From positions 124,001-188,000 of the forward strand of contig NEEC01000019.1 in the NCBI GenBank assembly GCA_002189035.1: DNA of 64,000 nt. Direction: 5' to 3'. The notes beneath the pieces were generated by a model. It was given only the letters and a program-made list of their open reading frames with translations, was not told where the DNA came from and searched no databases. Every line of letters starts with the position of its first letter. Within the stretch, counting starts at the first letter, position 1. This document shows, one piece after another, positions 1 through 14,560 of the stretch. Made by a program: the position numbers and the translations under genes. This DNA is from Utricularia gibba (Eukaryota > Plantae > Magnoliophyta).

Positions 1-1871
1 GAGGTCAACTTTAAGTATAATAATGTTTTTTATATTATATAAAAAATAAATAAGAGGTGATCTTTCAATCTTTATACTATCTATGATTCGGATTGTCAAA
101 TGAGGAATGGTATGAGATTCATGAGAGTTGAGGCCTCACGGGCAATGTGGCTTGGGCTTAGAATCGATTTGGAGAATTTTATGGAAGATGAAGAGAGACG
201 AGAGAGGAATTAAATGCAAAGGTTGATAAAGTCTAGCAGAGGCATTGCTATTGTTGCCATTGATCATTGTGTGAAAATATGGCCATTACACGTCCAAATC
301 ACTACCTTAGTTTGATTTTGTGTTTTATCAAGAGTGAAATTTCATGGAGTCGATGACGAATAAGAAGAGGAAAATGATGAATGGAAAAGAGTTTTTACAT
401 CTAAAGTCGTTTAAAATAGCCGCATGTAAGCTCAAGTTAATTTAACAAGAGGTAAAAAAAGTAGTCCAACTATCCCCATACTCCTAGGTTTCAACTTTAG
501 AATTTATTTTTTAATTAAAAAATAGCATCCCACAAAAATTGATTGTACCCACTAAAAATGAACTTGGTTCAAACCTATATGATACACATTCGAGTTGAGA
601 CCCAAGTTAGGGTTGGGTCAGCAAGTTGACCACACCATTTTCCACCTGCACCCACACAAAAGTGCACACAAAAATTAACGTAGGTTGGAAGTGTTCGAGA
701 AGATGCTCCAATAAAGAAGGCTTGTGGCTTGGGTGTGTAGTGCCCGAAAAAGACTATAGACATAGTGAGAACTCATGAAGAATGTTCTGCTGATAAAGGG
801 CTGGGCATATAGCGCCCGTAGAATGTTGTCTCAATATATGCTCGAGAGCTGAGCGCCCAAGAACAACCTCCTGCATGTTGAAGATCCAAGAATGAGATCT
901 AACATAGCAAGGATATGAAAAACAATTGCATGTATATTGAGATAGACTCTTGCATTGTACTCATTGAGCAAGCAGGATCACATATGCAAGAGCCCAAAAG
1001 CTCTTGAGAATCAAATAAATGAAAAATGCCATATTCTTGAAAGACTTAATTTATGGCTACCATCATTGTTTGTATTGAAACTTGAAAGATATCACTTTGC
1101 TATAAGAATTGAATGTAGGGTAAGAGTGTTGATCCTATTAATTTAAGTGAGAGATTAATGAGACTCAAGTCAATAGCCATATATTTTACAAACATCTGGG
1201 AAAGCTCATTCAATGGTCATATCGACCTTTGGTTGGTATGGAAAACACAAGCGTTTAACCTTTACATAATTAGGCTCATTCCTTGCTTCAAAAAACGTCA
1301 AATTAAAACAATGCTCTTTAATTTTTTCTTCTCCTTTCCTCTAATATATTGGTTTACAAGAGTTTGTGTAATATGTGCAGCATAGCATAAAAAATGCTAC
1401 CGAAGACACATCACAATAAGTGATGCATTTGTTGGTGAACTATACCCCAAGAGGTAGATGCTCTTAGTAAATAATGAATTTGTTGTTGATGATAAAAGTT
1501 TTTTTCACAAATATTGAAATTTTTTTGTGTTGGGTAGGTTTTAGTGTTTTTGTGAAAAGATAAAAATACATAATTTTGGTAATTCAGAAAGCCCAAAACC
1601 TAGGTGTTGCTTGCACTTGAGCTATAAGTTTCATTGAAATGCAAAGTGATCTTCAAGAATGCGAGCTTGGTTTGGACTCCAAAGATAGAAATCAAAAGGA
1701 AGAATCTCTGAGTTTCTTCTTGAATGCAGTTGCTATAATGAGGAGAAAGCATCGAAGTTGGCATTTAATTTCTTGTATAGCCTAGAGAGAAAATTGTGAG
1801 TAGTTTGGTGAGTCGTGGCTAATTAGATATTCCTCCAAAAATCAAATAACTTCCATTAGGATTTTTTGTTG

Positions 1872-1899
<28 letters not shown>
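1872..1899. repeat. (AT)n microsatellite
   Basis: Uninterrupted atatat run. Confidence 0.9.
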
Positions 1900-1902
<3 letters not shown>

Positions 1903-1999
1903 TAGTTTAACCATATTCTAGGTTTTATCTAGATTATGGTAATTATCTTAATTTATGTGTTTGATCTAATATTTTTAGCTAATTTTGTTTAAGTTTTAT

Positions 2000-4640
2000 T
2001 AGAGGTGAACTTGTAGCAGGAAGTATGAGAAAGCAGGCATCACAGGGCGACAAAATAAATCTTCCCATATTGACATTTTTCTTGATTTTCGAAAGATTGC
2101 AGATGTTTAATGATGAGCCTTGATGTGCAATACATGGAAACCTCTTACAGATGAAAACTTAGATAGAAATAGTTCAATTTAGTAGAGATTTGAAAGAACA
2201 CCAATGGCAAAAGTCGCCGTCCCCGTTGTTTTGCCCTTCTTCTAAGGGGCACCATTCAATATTTCTTGGCCCGCTATTGGCCAAACTACTAGGGGCGCAT
2301 TCAATTTTTAATTCTAGTTTCAATTTTTCAATTTGAATGGGAGTTTAGACTTTGTTTATCTTTCTAAAGAATTTTTCCTCTAGATTCTCTCTAGAATTTG
2401 CTTTTATTTTCCTACCTTTGCATGATCATTCGAAGCTAGAAACTCTTGTTTCCATATTGGGAGACTCCCAGATCTACATTTCGTTAGTTAATTTCCATTT
2501 TTTTCTTTGAATCGGATCGGGTTCCGTATGTCTCTATATGATTATATTATGGTGTTTTTGTAACAACCTCCTTATTCAATATTCATGATTAGCGTATCAT
2601 TGCCTACGAGTTTTGAAGATGAACAACATGGAAAGAACCAATTCATGCCCTTTTGCCTCAAGGGAGACAACGTTTTATCTGTTATTGTATTTTGCGTTCA
2701 ATGAATAAATACTGACCTCGTATCTGAAGTCAATGACACTTGGGCACATGCACGCATTTCAATCATGAGGGCATGATGACAGGATCTCTTATCTTCCCGT
2801 TCATCCAAGGGGAGGCAATATCGCATTATTCTTGTGCCTCTTTGTAAGAGAGTATAAGAGAGGATAGACAATCTTTTACTCTTATAGTCAAGTACTTGAG
2901 AAAATTAGAGAAAAATGGAGATATAATGAACAAAATGGGGCAAGATTTCAATCCCAGAAACATTTTCTTTATTTTATGTTCATCACTTAAGTTCATTTCT
3001 CTTGTTTATTTATAATTCCCCTACTCAAACTGCATCATTACGTTTCTACCATCTTTTTCTCTATATGCTCGTTTATAAATCATGACATTTATATTCAGTT
3101 TAACTATACCTTTCACTAGAAAAACAACTATTAGTGTTCAACATCGGTATTACGCATTTTGTGTTTTACGAGTTTTGAAAATCTTAAATTTTTTGTGGAA
3201 ACAACATGCATCAACACACAATCTCCAATATTGGTTAAAGCATGTAATAAAAGAGAATTTTGTACGTCGTTGTAAGAATGATAATTCTCGTATTAAAAAA
3301 TTTATAAACCTAATTCCCAATCAAAATCAAGCAAATAAGAGTATATAGTGGAACAAGGATCGAACATGAAGAGCAATGTTTGCTACATAATAGTTAATTC
3401 TATTTTATCACAACGGAGTATTGTTGTGTATCGTTTTCTCAGAAAACTTTAATTATCAAAACAAAAAACACAATTAAATGTAGTACGAGTGTAGATTTCA
3501 AGAAATTGAGTGAGGTTGTGCTAAATTTGATCATATTATGCTATTTTTGGTGTTAAGATAGGAGATTAAGTGAATTAGAATAGGGAAAATGGCTAAAATT
3601 AACACTAGTAAATTTATTTTCATTAAAAACATGTTCTGGGAAATTTTCTACGTTAATCAAAGAGCTTAGGTGAGTTTACTGTTCATCTAAGCCTAGGTAC
3701 GACTGGCTCATTTGGGCCGAGCCTTGTATTTGATCAATTTTCAAAGTTGTTTTAGTACAGGGGTGGATGAAAAAAATAAGTCAGAAAGATGGTGAGCTAA
3801 GCTTTCCTACAGCACGCAATAGGGGCAGGCACAATCAAGTAGGGAGAGAACGGAGATTTAAGATGCATCAAGGGGATTTTTCGATGAGTTTGAATGAGCT
3901 TTAAGGAAGAAGACGAAGGAGGGGCAATTCCAGCATGACAGTTAAAGTTACCTCCAATACCCAAAGCCTTGCAGAACAATGATCTATTTGTACAAATAAG
4001 ACGATTGAAGCAGTTCCAAAGTAACACTAAAACCATCTTCATCTCCTAGAACAATAGTAGAACACTAGTAACCTTCCTAGATAACCTTAGAACTAGCCTA
4101 CACGAGGAGAAGAAGATGACCAATGCATCGAACTTACTTGGAGATTTGAACAAATATTTTATTTTCTGTATTTAATTTCCACATTTTCATAATCTGCTAG
4201 TTTAATTTACATTTATTGCTTGAACGTGAACTTGTTTGAATGTTGTCATTAACTCAGCATGCTTCCTTCATTGTTTGCTTTACTATTTTCATACATTAAT
4301 CGGAACAGTGACCTGAAAGTGTTTAAGTTTCTTTTAAGCATAATCAACTTTTAGATTAAGTGAAATATTTAATTTTAAATTTTCAAAAATGCTGATCTAC
4401 TCATTTCGTTGGTTGTTTTTAGTGTAGAAGTCATCTTACAAATTTTTACTAATTTTTTTAGAGTAGAAACCTACTTCCAAAAAAAAAACTCTCTATTTAA
4501 TCCTGCTTGCAATTGAAAACCGTTTGTTTCCTATGGATTGACCCACACTTGACACTGTTGCATTATTTTCTTCGTGAATGTGATGTAGAATGCTTGTTTA
4601 GTTTTATAACTATCTTTTGATTGGGAAAATCGTTAGGTAT
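2000..4640. mobile_element. Decayed LTR-retrotransposon (probably Gypsy/Athila LTR-like) debris; boundaries approximate
   Basis: No long ORFs. The segment near 4500-4620 (tttcctatggattgacccacacttgacactgttgcattatt...ttttataactatcttttga) resembles the 3' end of the better-preserved LTRs at 30340-30430 and 61960-62050. No TSD found. Confidence 0.35.
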
Positions 4641-6419
4641 GGGACACCTTTAGAATTTTCAATCCGTTATTGAGTTTTTTAAACATGTTTTGCGCTAAGC
4701 TATTACATGTTGTTACTGCACTATAAGAAGGGTTTAAAATATTGAATCACAAACAAAACATAATTAATGGAACTTTATTTAAGAAAGCAATTCCTAGGAA
4801 GGAGAATCCGTTTTTTTTCTTTCTCCCATCGCTCGACTTTCATTGTTTTTTTCGAATAATCAGTCATAAGAATAAGGAATAGTCTACTTTCTCTTATACT
4901 CTTTTAAAAGGAGATATGAGAATAGGTTCATGTGGTTTTCATTTAGACGATTGTGAGAACAAGATTATTGCCATTGATTGTACTCAAAACCAAATTCTAT
5001 GCATGTGTCCAACTGTTGTCCTTGATCAATGACTACGTGCAAGATCACTTTTATGTCCATTGATGAAGTATTCCTAATCCTAGATCATTTATTATCTCTC
5101 TGGAACTAATAGGGCCGAAGATAGTGTTTTTCACCTTGTTTTACATCAAAATTCACGAAGAGTAGTCCACTGTTCATGGACCATGATTAAGATACATTAC
5201 ATAAAAACTGTAATATTACATGTGGAAATATACAAAATCTAGAAGAAATTTAATGAATAATTGAGAGTTATGCTCAAGACATTTAAATAACTCCATAAAT
5301 TCTTAGAAACTAAGAAACGTTTGTCATGAATGACCATTACAAACAAAAATAAAAATAAGAAAATAAAAGTATTCTTACTCCCTATAGAGGAAAGGAAGAA
5401 TAAATGTAGCTACAAGTGCTAGCGCAAAAAGTGGAAAAATCCCTTTCTAATAAGTTCGAAATCTGTTTTAATTTACACCCTAAAGTGCATTTAAGTCTCT
5501 ACCCCTCTTCTTTCATTCCTTATGCGCTTCTCATGCATTCAACTTTTTTATTCATGCAAGTAACATATCTAATTATCACAACAAATTCTGATATGTTATA
5601 AGGCATGAGTTATGGACAATATTAGTGTTCTGCCCATCAAGAATTCGTGTCACATAAAAGCTATAAAATGGCACTCTTTGTTGTCTGAAAGTTTCATACC
5701 ACATTCCAACGTTATTTTCTATGATTTTTAGGTGAAAAAATATATACATATTTTTTAATAATATGTATACATATAGTAGATAATATACATATAATATAAT
5801 AATATCATTTTTTAATAAAATATAATAATTATTAATATAACTATTTATTGGATAATTTAATTCTAAATTAACATATAAAAATAAGTAGTAAATATATAGA
5901 AAATGACATTTAATACTAGATAAATAACTTTTTGACTTTTAGTTTTTTTATCTTTCTTCAATTTTTGCTCTACATCTTTTTTCTTATCCAAAAACAGGAA
6001 GTATTCTAGTTTTACTTTGAATTTATTGTTTGGTAGTGATCATTAACAACTAAACTTCTTGTTTCTCAGCTGTAAGACTTTTGTTTTATGTTTTTTGATT
6101 AATTTTCAATTTCATTTATTAATTTTTTTTGTGTTTCTCATGTCTTCATGAGTTTGATGAGAAGCAAGATTCATATCTAATCACTTTCATCCATCCAGTC
6201 AAAAATGATATCACAAGTACCTAGATCCATAGGCTACAAAAATTCTTTTTTTTTTTTGTCTTTGCATCCAATTTGCATCGTTTTTCAATATTATTGTACG
6301 AGACACGAGACACATCCATGCAGCTTCAAGTGAGAGAATGATAGTTTCTTCCCTATCCGTTTCTCTTCTGACAATTCGAAGATGATAGGCACCAAGAAAG
6401 TTCAATGAAGAAGATAGGC

Positions 6420-6965
6420 TGTCGCGTTAACAACATCTATTCAGAAAATTTTTGGGTAATCCACTATGCAACCACATAGCTTGAGTTTTATTGTTCAAAG
6501 TACAATTTATCCTTTTAACAACATCATTTTGATAAGGCCTATTAGGAACAATCCTCTTAAACTTAGCTCCCTGATCAATGCAAAATTTCTTGAACTCCAT
6601 TTTCATCATATTCTTCAACATTATCAGATCAAAGATATTTGGGTTTCATTCTTCACTCATTCCCAACCTTCACCCTCCATCGTTTGAAGACTTCAAACAT
6701 GTCACAGTTGTGTTTGAGAAAGTATGACCATACCTACCTAATTGCGTTGTTGATAAAAGCGACAATTTTTCAAGCATCCCAAAGATGGAATCAGCGCCTC
6801 GCCCCATAGATTTTTGTGAATGAGTTCAAACTTGAATTTCTTTGGTTCTCTACGAGTCTTTGAGAAATTCAAATTGCGTTGATTTCCGATTACACACTTT
6901 GATAAGATTGCCATGCCCTTTCTATTCATGTGTTCGAGTCTATTGTGCGAAATGTTAAATTTCAT
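6420..6965 (-). pseudogene. Ty1/Copia GAG-pre-integrase and integrase remnant
   Basis: Minus-strand fragments RLEHMNRKGMAILSK, FELIHKNLWGEALIPSLG and EFKKFCIDQG...PYQNDVVKRINCTLNNKTQAMWLHSGLPKNF match decayed Copia motifs (RLGHMS, LVHTDVWGP..SLGG, PQQNGVAERMNRTL..AR.M...GLPK.FW). Frameshifted. Confidence 0.8.
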
Positions 6966-7406
6966 TTTTTAAAATATTTTATTGTGATTTTTTCGGTCTT
7001 AATTTGAGATATAGTTGTCAAATTACAAGTTAATTTAGTTATTTATGAATTTTTATTAGAATTTATGAACTTATTAGTCTTATGATTTTTCCTCTGAGTC
7101 TGGATGGAGAAGGAAAATAACTTAATTTCCATGTTCATTTCTGGTTTTTTATGTCCATTCCTAGACAAACAATTTAGTTTCTTGGAATTGATAAGGTTAT
7201 TTTCTACTTCTTTAGCACAAATCTCGATTATGTATTAGATTTTTTTTGGATTTCACATTTGTCTATATATATATATTTATTTATTTATTTATTTTTCTAT
7301 AATATCTCTTTATCATTATTACTAAATAGTTGATTATTGTCTATAAATTCTGATATAGACCAAGATGAAGAGCATCATCTAATCTTTTGGTTAAGAAGAT
7401 GATAAT

Positions 7407-8632
7407 TGATAATTGATTTTGTGTCACTTATATTTGTGCTTTTTAGGACTTATTTAGATGAGTTTTGCATTATTTTTATCCCACTTTCCGTATGTTTTTA
7501 GAATAATTTTATATCTTTTATACAATTTTGATCTTTTTAGAGGGAAAGTGTGTTTTGTGATTTTTCAGTATGAATTTGGAATAATTTGGAGGATTTTCGA
7601 GCTACTTTGATAGAGTCTAAGATTTGATCTATCCGGATGAAGACTCGGTCAAAGATTCTCGAATAAGATAAAATTCGCATCTTATCTTGGAAAACTTGGA
7701 TCTCATCCTAGAAGATTTGTATCAAATCTTAGAAGATTCGCATAAAAGATTTGATATAAGCTCATCAAGAAAGCCCGACAAATCCTCACCATTATATAAA
7801 GATCCAAACGCGAAGACCTAAGAGGATCGAAGAGAGGGACGACCAGAGAGTCAATTTAGGGTTTAGAGTCGAGTCTAGCATATTTGGATTCCTTTCCCTT
7901 CGTTTTTCATCAACTTTTGTTGTTTAGAATCAAGCATGCACGTGTGAGCACTTACAACTGAGGATCTACTCAGGGATGCGAGAACCAATCCTAATAATAA
8001 ACCACTTGTGAAGCCTTGCTTGCGCAAGTTCTGCGCGTGTGACTGTATTACTATGTTTTTCAACATTTAATTTGAGGTCTGATTCTGTTTTTCACAATGT
8101 TTTCTTTACCAACGTGATCTTTAGTACCATATAACCCTAAGGGAGTGTGGGAGAATTAAAGATTGGCTTCAAGCACCTAAGGAGAAGAGCCCAATCGGAT
8201 ATCGTTGGTAAGACACATTTTGTCTAATTTGTTTGCGAGGTGTGAGGTGTAGGGGTTAGATTTGGGTGTGGGGAAAATATGAGTTATCACAAAAGGTGAA
8301 ATGGCTCTGGTGACGTGGTTGATTCCATAATCCCATAAAACAAGTAACAGTACTATAACAGTCACCGAGTAGCACTATTTTAACATAACACTCCCAAAGT
8401 TTGTGCAAGTAGGTCAGTTTTCAAGGTTTGCACACACGCAAGGGCAAGTTTCAAGTAAGGTGGATCTTAAATCCAAGGTCACTTTTCTTATTGTCTTCAA
8501 AATCCAATCTTTCTTTTGTTTTTAGTTTTTTTCAATCTTTTTTTTAAAAGAAAATTCCAATAACAATTCCCTATGAATACGATCTTATTTTATTACTTCG
8601 ACGGTTTCTGTATACTTGCAGAATTACCATCA
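7407..8632 (+). mobile_element. Solo LTR, Gypsy/Athila-like (1226 bp)
   Basis: TGATAA...CATCA termini flanked by an identical 5-bp direct repeat ATAAT (7402-7406 and 8633-8637). No PBS follows. Confidence 0.8.
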
Positions 8633-9199
8633 ATAATTTGTTTTAAACAAAACATTTCACTAGTAAACAAGTAATGATCTCATGCTAGGTTATTTGTTAT
8701 TGAAAACAATTGAGTACACTTGAAGAATTCGATTTTGAGACCAATTAATTACAATTCTCTTGTCCTCTTAATCCTTTAAGGAAGAGTCATATGAGACTAA
8801 TCTCATTCAAACTTGTGAGAGTTGAGCTTAAAAGAGGTTAAAAAAAAATAAAATAAATTCTACCCTGAAAATATTTATTTATTCAAAATTTATTATTTAA
8901 TTATATTTTTCATTTTCATGTAATTCAAGTCCTTTTATAAAATCATGATGATTTATATTAGATTAAAACTGCACTTTTTAATGCAATATCAACTTCTTGT
9001 AATTAACATTTCACTATGTTTGTGTTTTACGTTCTTTGTATTAAAATGTTGAAGAAATGAAACACACACCAAAGCTTTGATAATTTGATCTTTCGAGTTT
9101 CATGATTTTTAGTTATACAAACCAGTTTCTCTAAATAGAATTCCTAACTCTATCACCTTGTCAATAATCATTACTACCTTCGAAATCCTCCAACATCCA

Positions 9200-9918
9200 T
9201 CCACAAAGGCTCTTCGATAACTTTTATTCTTGAGTTGACCAATTGAAATCAAATTCTCTTGTAGCCTTGGGATATGTTATCGCACCTTCTCCAAATGATT
9301 TGAACATCTCTTTTTCAGAAGTTGAATGGAATGATGCTTCTGAGTAAATAACTCATGACTCTAACGGACTCATCACAGACAATATGAAAGTATCTTTTGA
9401 ACTTTCTTCGCTTGCATTATTGGTGAAGGAATATTCTTTTTCTTTTTGACCTAGCAATCTCTTTTCATATGGCCGGGCCTATCTTTTCTCATTTCGGACA
9501 TTCACCCTTTTCTTGAGGTTTTGATTTTCGTGTATCTCTGCTGTCGGAATGCTCACGAGCACCGGCGCGATTTATTTCTTGACCTTGATGTCTAGTCTTT
9601 CCTTCAGTACTTATGGCAGCACCTGGACACTCCTCTTTATGTGCTTGTCCCAAGTTTCCAATAGTGACCAAAGCAATAGGATTGCTTGCATCTCATCATC
9701 GATCTTAAATTCCTTTAACAAATCACTGGCCACATTTAAAAGAGAAGTGTCTTCGTGAGCAAATGTATGGAATGACCACTTCAATGAACTCTGCAAGCTT
9801 TTTCTCCTTAAGAGCGTCTTCAAGATCACTCTCTCGGAGGATGTTCTCTATTTGAACCATCGAGTTTCCATAGTTTTTTTCCAAAGAACATACTCGTTTC
9901 AAGCTGGTTCTAATACCA
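9200..9918 (-). pseudogene. Ty1/Copia PBS, gag and protease remnant (probably the 5' part of the element whose integrase lies at 6420-6965)
   Basis: Degenerate tRNA-iMet PBS TGGTATTAGAAC at 9918-9907. Gag-like KIDDEMQAILLLWSLLETWD. Protease-region FILSVMSPLES*VIYSEASFH resembles LSVDSPVESWILDSGASFH. Confidence 0.7.
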
Positions 9919-10479
9919 TTTTTTAGGAAATAAAAGAAAAAACTCAATAGAACAACCATTTTTTGAAAACAAAATACTTAAGTATTAAGAAAAATCTTGA
10001 CTATCAAATATATATAGTCGGATATAGTGGTTGGAAGAGGATGATCACATATTTATAGCACATGGTCATTTGATTATAAAATAATGTTCTGGAAAAATTT
10101 TTAAATATATTTTAATTTATAAAAAAAACAAAATTAAATCACATACAACAAGCTATTTATTTTTATTTTAATTTGCACCAAAAGTATCCTCAAATTTATA
10201 CTAAATAAAATGTAAAAGTAAAAGTAGATACAGCCTTACTTTTGGTCTTTATTTTACTTCCGCACAATTTGTGTTAAAATTAATTTATCAAATCTATTTC
10301 ATTTATCATATCTTCTCAAAATTATCAGGCATCTATCCAAAACCTTAGTCAAGTCAATAAATATGTTCCCAATTTGATTTTTTGAACAAAGATAATGCAC
10401 TCTTATCTCATTGTCCTCAACTCATTCACAAATAAAATGATAATCAATTTCAATGAGTTTAGTACAATTGTGGAAGATT

Positions 10480-13400
10480 GGATTCAATGCAATGGCAATA
10501 ACACCCTTATTGTCACAAAAGAGTTGCGATATCCTAGTGGGAGATGTTAAGAAGTGAACTACTTTTCTTATTCAAACCACCTCAACCATTGTTGTAGTAA
10601 GAACCCGATACTTAATTTGATTAGTTGAACAAATCACTATCCTTTGCTTCTTACTCTTTCAAGCTATCAAACCTCATGCTCTTTTTTAGAATAATCATTG
10701 TATACTTGCTATACCTCAAGACAATCTAAGTTTGATGAATTTTAAGAACTAGAAAATACTTAAGTTTTCTGAGTTTACTGATTCTGTAAATATCCATCAG
10801 CCTTTGCTTAATCAATGGAGAATTCCCTATTATAACTATATCATCAACATTCAGTAGAAATAATTGTAATAGCACCATTTTTGCTGATATAGGAGCAAAG
10901 AGTACTCCGCATTAGATTGAAAAACCTACACTCAACAAGGTTGCTTGGAAAATATGAAACCATGTTTGGATGCCTACTTCAATCCATAGATCAATTTATT
11001 TAGTTTACAGACAAAATGTTGTAGATCATTTTCATGAAATCCAAGAGACTATTTCATGTAAACCTCTTCCTATAACTTGTCATGTAGGAAGTTGATAAAC
11101 GGAAATTTCCTAATATCGTTGCACTAAAAATAGAAATATGTATCAAATAAATTTATAGTCTCTAATCCTCATAAAATACAAATTAAGCACGAAATGCACA
11201 GTGGAATTCGGGGTCGATCACAAGGAGTTTGTGCCTGCTAAGTATTTTAATAGATGCATAATTTGGAATACAGTGGTCTTAGTCTAAGTTCGAACTAGCA
11301 GTGGTAAGTAAGTTCAATAAACAAAATCAGGTTTTAATGCAAAAGGTAACAAGTGCTGGCTCTAACTCAGAATAATACGAAGATGCCTTAAGGGTCTGCA
11401 ATTAGTGTGGTGCTAAAATGTCTAATTTAAATGACCATATTCCTACACTCACAACTTCAAATAACCTAAGTCTACCCAAGTCATTCATCATATTTTCGGT
11501 TAAGCTAGTCCACAATATCATCACCAACATTGCAATTAGGTCTACCTGCATGCAAAGTGTATAGAACTAGGTCTACCCGATTCTACTAGTTCTACCCCGG
11601 ACTAACACTTACTGTTCTCGTCTTGAATTGTTGGTCTACCTCTAAATCAAACATCTCAATTGTAAAGCTACTTGTCCCCCTCTTTAGGTCTACCCATAGA
11701 TTGATAGAAACAAAAGTTAAGAAACAATGATGAATTTTTATTAAGAATCCTAGATTCACACCATCATGCTTTATCTTAAGTCATCCCTAGGGTTCTAGCT
11801 ACTCATACTTTGAAAGTAAAACATGATAATATTAATATAAAGTAACAAAAATGTCAAGAACATAGTGAAAGAGTTGAGTGCAGAAATTGAAAACATCAAC
11901 AAATGAAAATAAAGCAATAAGAGTTCTGATTTCCATTTGCTACTATTCTCTGGCTGGAACAGTAGTGTTGGACTGGGTCTTGATCTTCTTCCTTCACACT
12001 GAAGGTTCTTCTCTAGAAAAATCGCCTTTCTTTCTTCTTCTCCTTCAGTATTCTTCGTGTTCGAGTTGGGGGAGAAACCCCCTCATGTGTGTTCTACAAA
12101 CTCTAGTCCTCCCCCCTCTTGCGATTCTCTCTCCTCTCACTTCCCAAGGTAGGTACAGTTTCTGGCAGCTTTGCTATTCCTGCCCCTGATTTGCAGATTG
12201 CCGTTGTGACAGTATACTCATTGCTCCCTGCTGCATGGTGACTTGCACGAAATCCTTGTTCTTTTCCATGATTTTCGGGTTGCTGCTAGACTTAAAATTG
12301 GGTTAGAACATGGGTGGGCTAAATCCTAACACACAAAAAAACAACATTTTCCTAAATTATATAAAAATACTTAAAATTATGAAATAAACAACTAAAGATA
12401 ATTAAAAACCTGTAATTTTTATATCATAAAAGTATGAAAATTTGTGTGCTATCAGAAGGCATTTTTAACATTAATTTGTGTAGGGGCCAAGCATGGTATA
12501 ATGTGAACATTTACTATTTTTTTAACACTAGACTGAATGTCTCATCATAATCTAATCCAAACAATTGCGTAAAACTACAAGCTACCATCACACTGAATGT
12601 CTCATCATGATTTCCACGTACTATTCAAATTCATGGCTTCCGTTTCTTCAATCATGGGCAGTATCCAATGTGGATCACAAGCCACATCTTCATGCGACGA
12701 TGGCTCAGCTACCCATCATGTCAAAATAGAGGAATCATCAATAGCAATTAACATTTAATTTGCCAACTTGAGAGGTGGTCATTGGTATCTCATGGACTGC
12801 CTCAAAGTATCTTCTAGTTCATGGAACTCTACGATTCATTATCATGATTAATGGTTTCCACAAGATCAAATTCATCAAGGTTGGTAACATGCAGAGCAAG
12901 GGAATCTGATAGTGTTCTAGAAGGAGAAGTTATCGGTGCAAAGTCAAAGGAACTAATAGAGATTTGAAAATTTGATGTATCTACAAAATTCTGGAAAGGG
13001 AACTTTTTTTCATTAAACATAAAATCACATGAAACTATGATACTTTATCTAACCATATCAAACCATAATTTTCTTATCGTAAAAATAGAAAAATTTGTAT
13101 ATCTACCAGTTGATACATAAATAAAAGATTGTAGTGAAAATTGGGGACTAAAAGTACATTTTGAGATTATCAAGTGATGAGGTCATGAATACCAAAGATG
13201 AAAACAATGAAGATGAAGAAAAGTTCACCAATTCTCCCATAATTTCACTTGAGTCAATCACTAGATAAAGAGCATAAAAGAATCAAGAATTTTTCAAAAG
13301 GTTATAAGCCAATCAGAAAACCATAAAGTTTATGGCATTAAGTTCAACCTACTCAAATTGAATCAAGTTAAATAATGTTGGGCCATAACTTCCTAATTCA

Positions 13401-14560
13401 CTTGTAGTGTTTTTACTCCGAGTAAGCCAATTTATCTACTTATATAAGAAGGGTTTCATTCTTGTTTAGAGATAATTATAGTTGCTATGTGCTTTGAGAG
13501 TAATACTCTAACTTATGTTCTAATTCACTTGTAAAACTTTAGACTTATCAAGTTTTATCATTTTCTTCCTAATTCCTTGTAAAACTTTAGACTTATCAAG
13601 TTTTGTTTATGGTGTTTAGTGTGGTTTACCATTCTCACTTTCTTCCTTGTTTTGTGAGTGTAATACCATTTTTATAGTTTAAGTTGCAAGGATATTCATT
13701 CCTTGAGGGCCAATTTCTTCTTTTCTTAAAGAATTGCTTCATCTAAAATCCAATATTTGATTTGCCAAACACTTGTTGTTTAGAAGATCGCATCATCAAG
13801 GACCTTGGAGGGTTTTTAAGTAGACATGACCAAGATTAGTGATAGAATGGTTAGTAGGTAACGAGTAACACTAGTGCCTATGCCAATGTAGAGAAATAAT
13901 TAGAAAAATTATCTAAATCTAAAGTGATATGTTTTGAAGCACCACTATCAAGAGCCTATATATAATCATTAGTAACTTCTTTCGAAGACTACTCAATACT
14001 TAGTAATGAAGTATGAGAAGAAGCATCTTCTATTGAGATATTCGTATTCAGTGTTGATGATCTTTATTTGACTTATAGTGATCATAGCAATTAACAATAT
14101 TGTGATTCAGATGGTCACAAATCTGACAAACTTCTGTCTTGAGTTCCTTGGAAAGAATTTGTAGCATAGCTTGGATGATTTCTCCTTCCATAATTGGAAA
14201 GACCATCATTCTTGTGATTATGGTGACCATAGCTACCAGAATATTTGGTGCATAACACTAGATTAGTGAGCACGGTCGGAAACTTATTAAAATTGCAATG
14301 TTGAATAGTTTCTTCACATTGCATGAAAGTAGCAAATATAATGTCAAAACTAGGCAATGAGTGCCAGCATAACAAAAGCATCAATGATAGATTGATAGAC
14401 TTCTTGCAACTCCTCAATAAAGTACATGTTATCTCCAGAAGAAGTAGAATTACCAGTTGTGGCCAACTAATGACAAATAGAGTGAATCTCATTGTAAAAG
14501 GCAAGAATGGATTGATTTACCTTGCTTAATATTAGTTTGAGAATACTTCAACTGTTATAT
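10480..14560 (-). mobile_element. Decayed Ty1/Copia element (gag zinc knuckle, integrase tail, RT), interrupted by later insertions
   Basis: Minus strand: CQICDHLNHNIVNC knuckle (~14080-14130), MFNEKKFPF integrase tail (~13020), EPSSHEDVACDPHW (~12680), QINVKNAFLHDKL*EEVYM (reconstituted across the 11093-12454 insertion), KLIYGLK*ASKTWF and LLNVDDIVIIGNS (decayed YVDD). Many stops. Confidence 0.75.
11093..12454 (-). mobile_element. Athila-family solo LTR (family alpha), reverse orientation, inserted in Copia RT
   Basis: Starts with tgataaacggaaatttcctaatatcgttg, the exact reverse complement of the 3' end of the LTR at 58944-60381. Ends tgtgctatca. Flanks GAAGT (11088-11092) and GAAGG (12455-12459) are a 4/5 TSD. 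Confidence 0.85.

Noticed and set aside
13111-13798. LTR-like segment (TGATAC...CATCA) with an internal ~37-bp tandem repeat
   Set aside because: The flanks (CCAGT versus AGGAC) do not form a TSD and there is no second copy in the window, so its boundaries cannot be supported.
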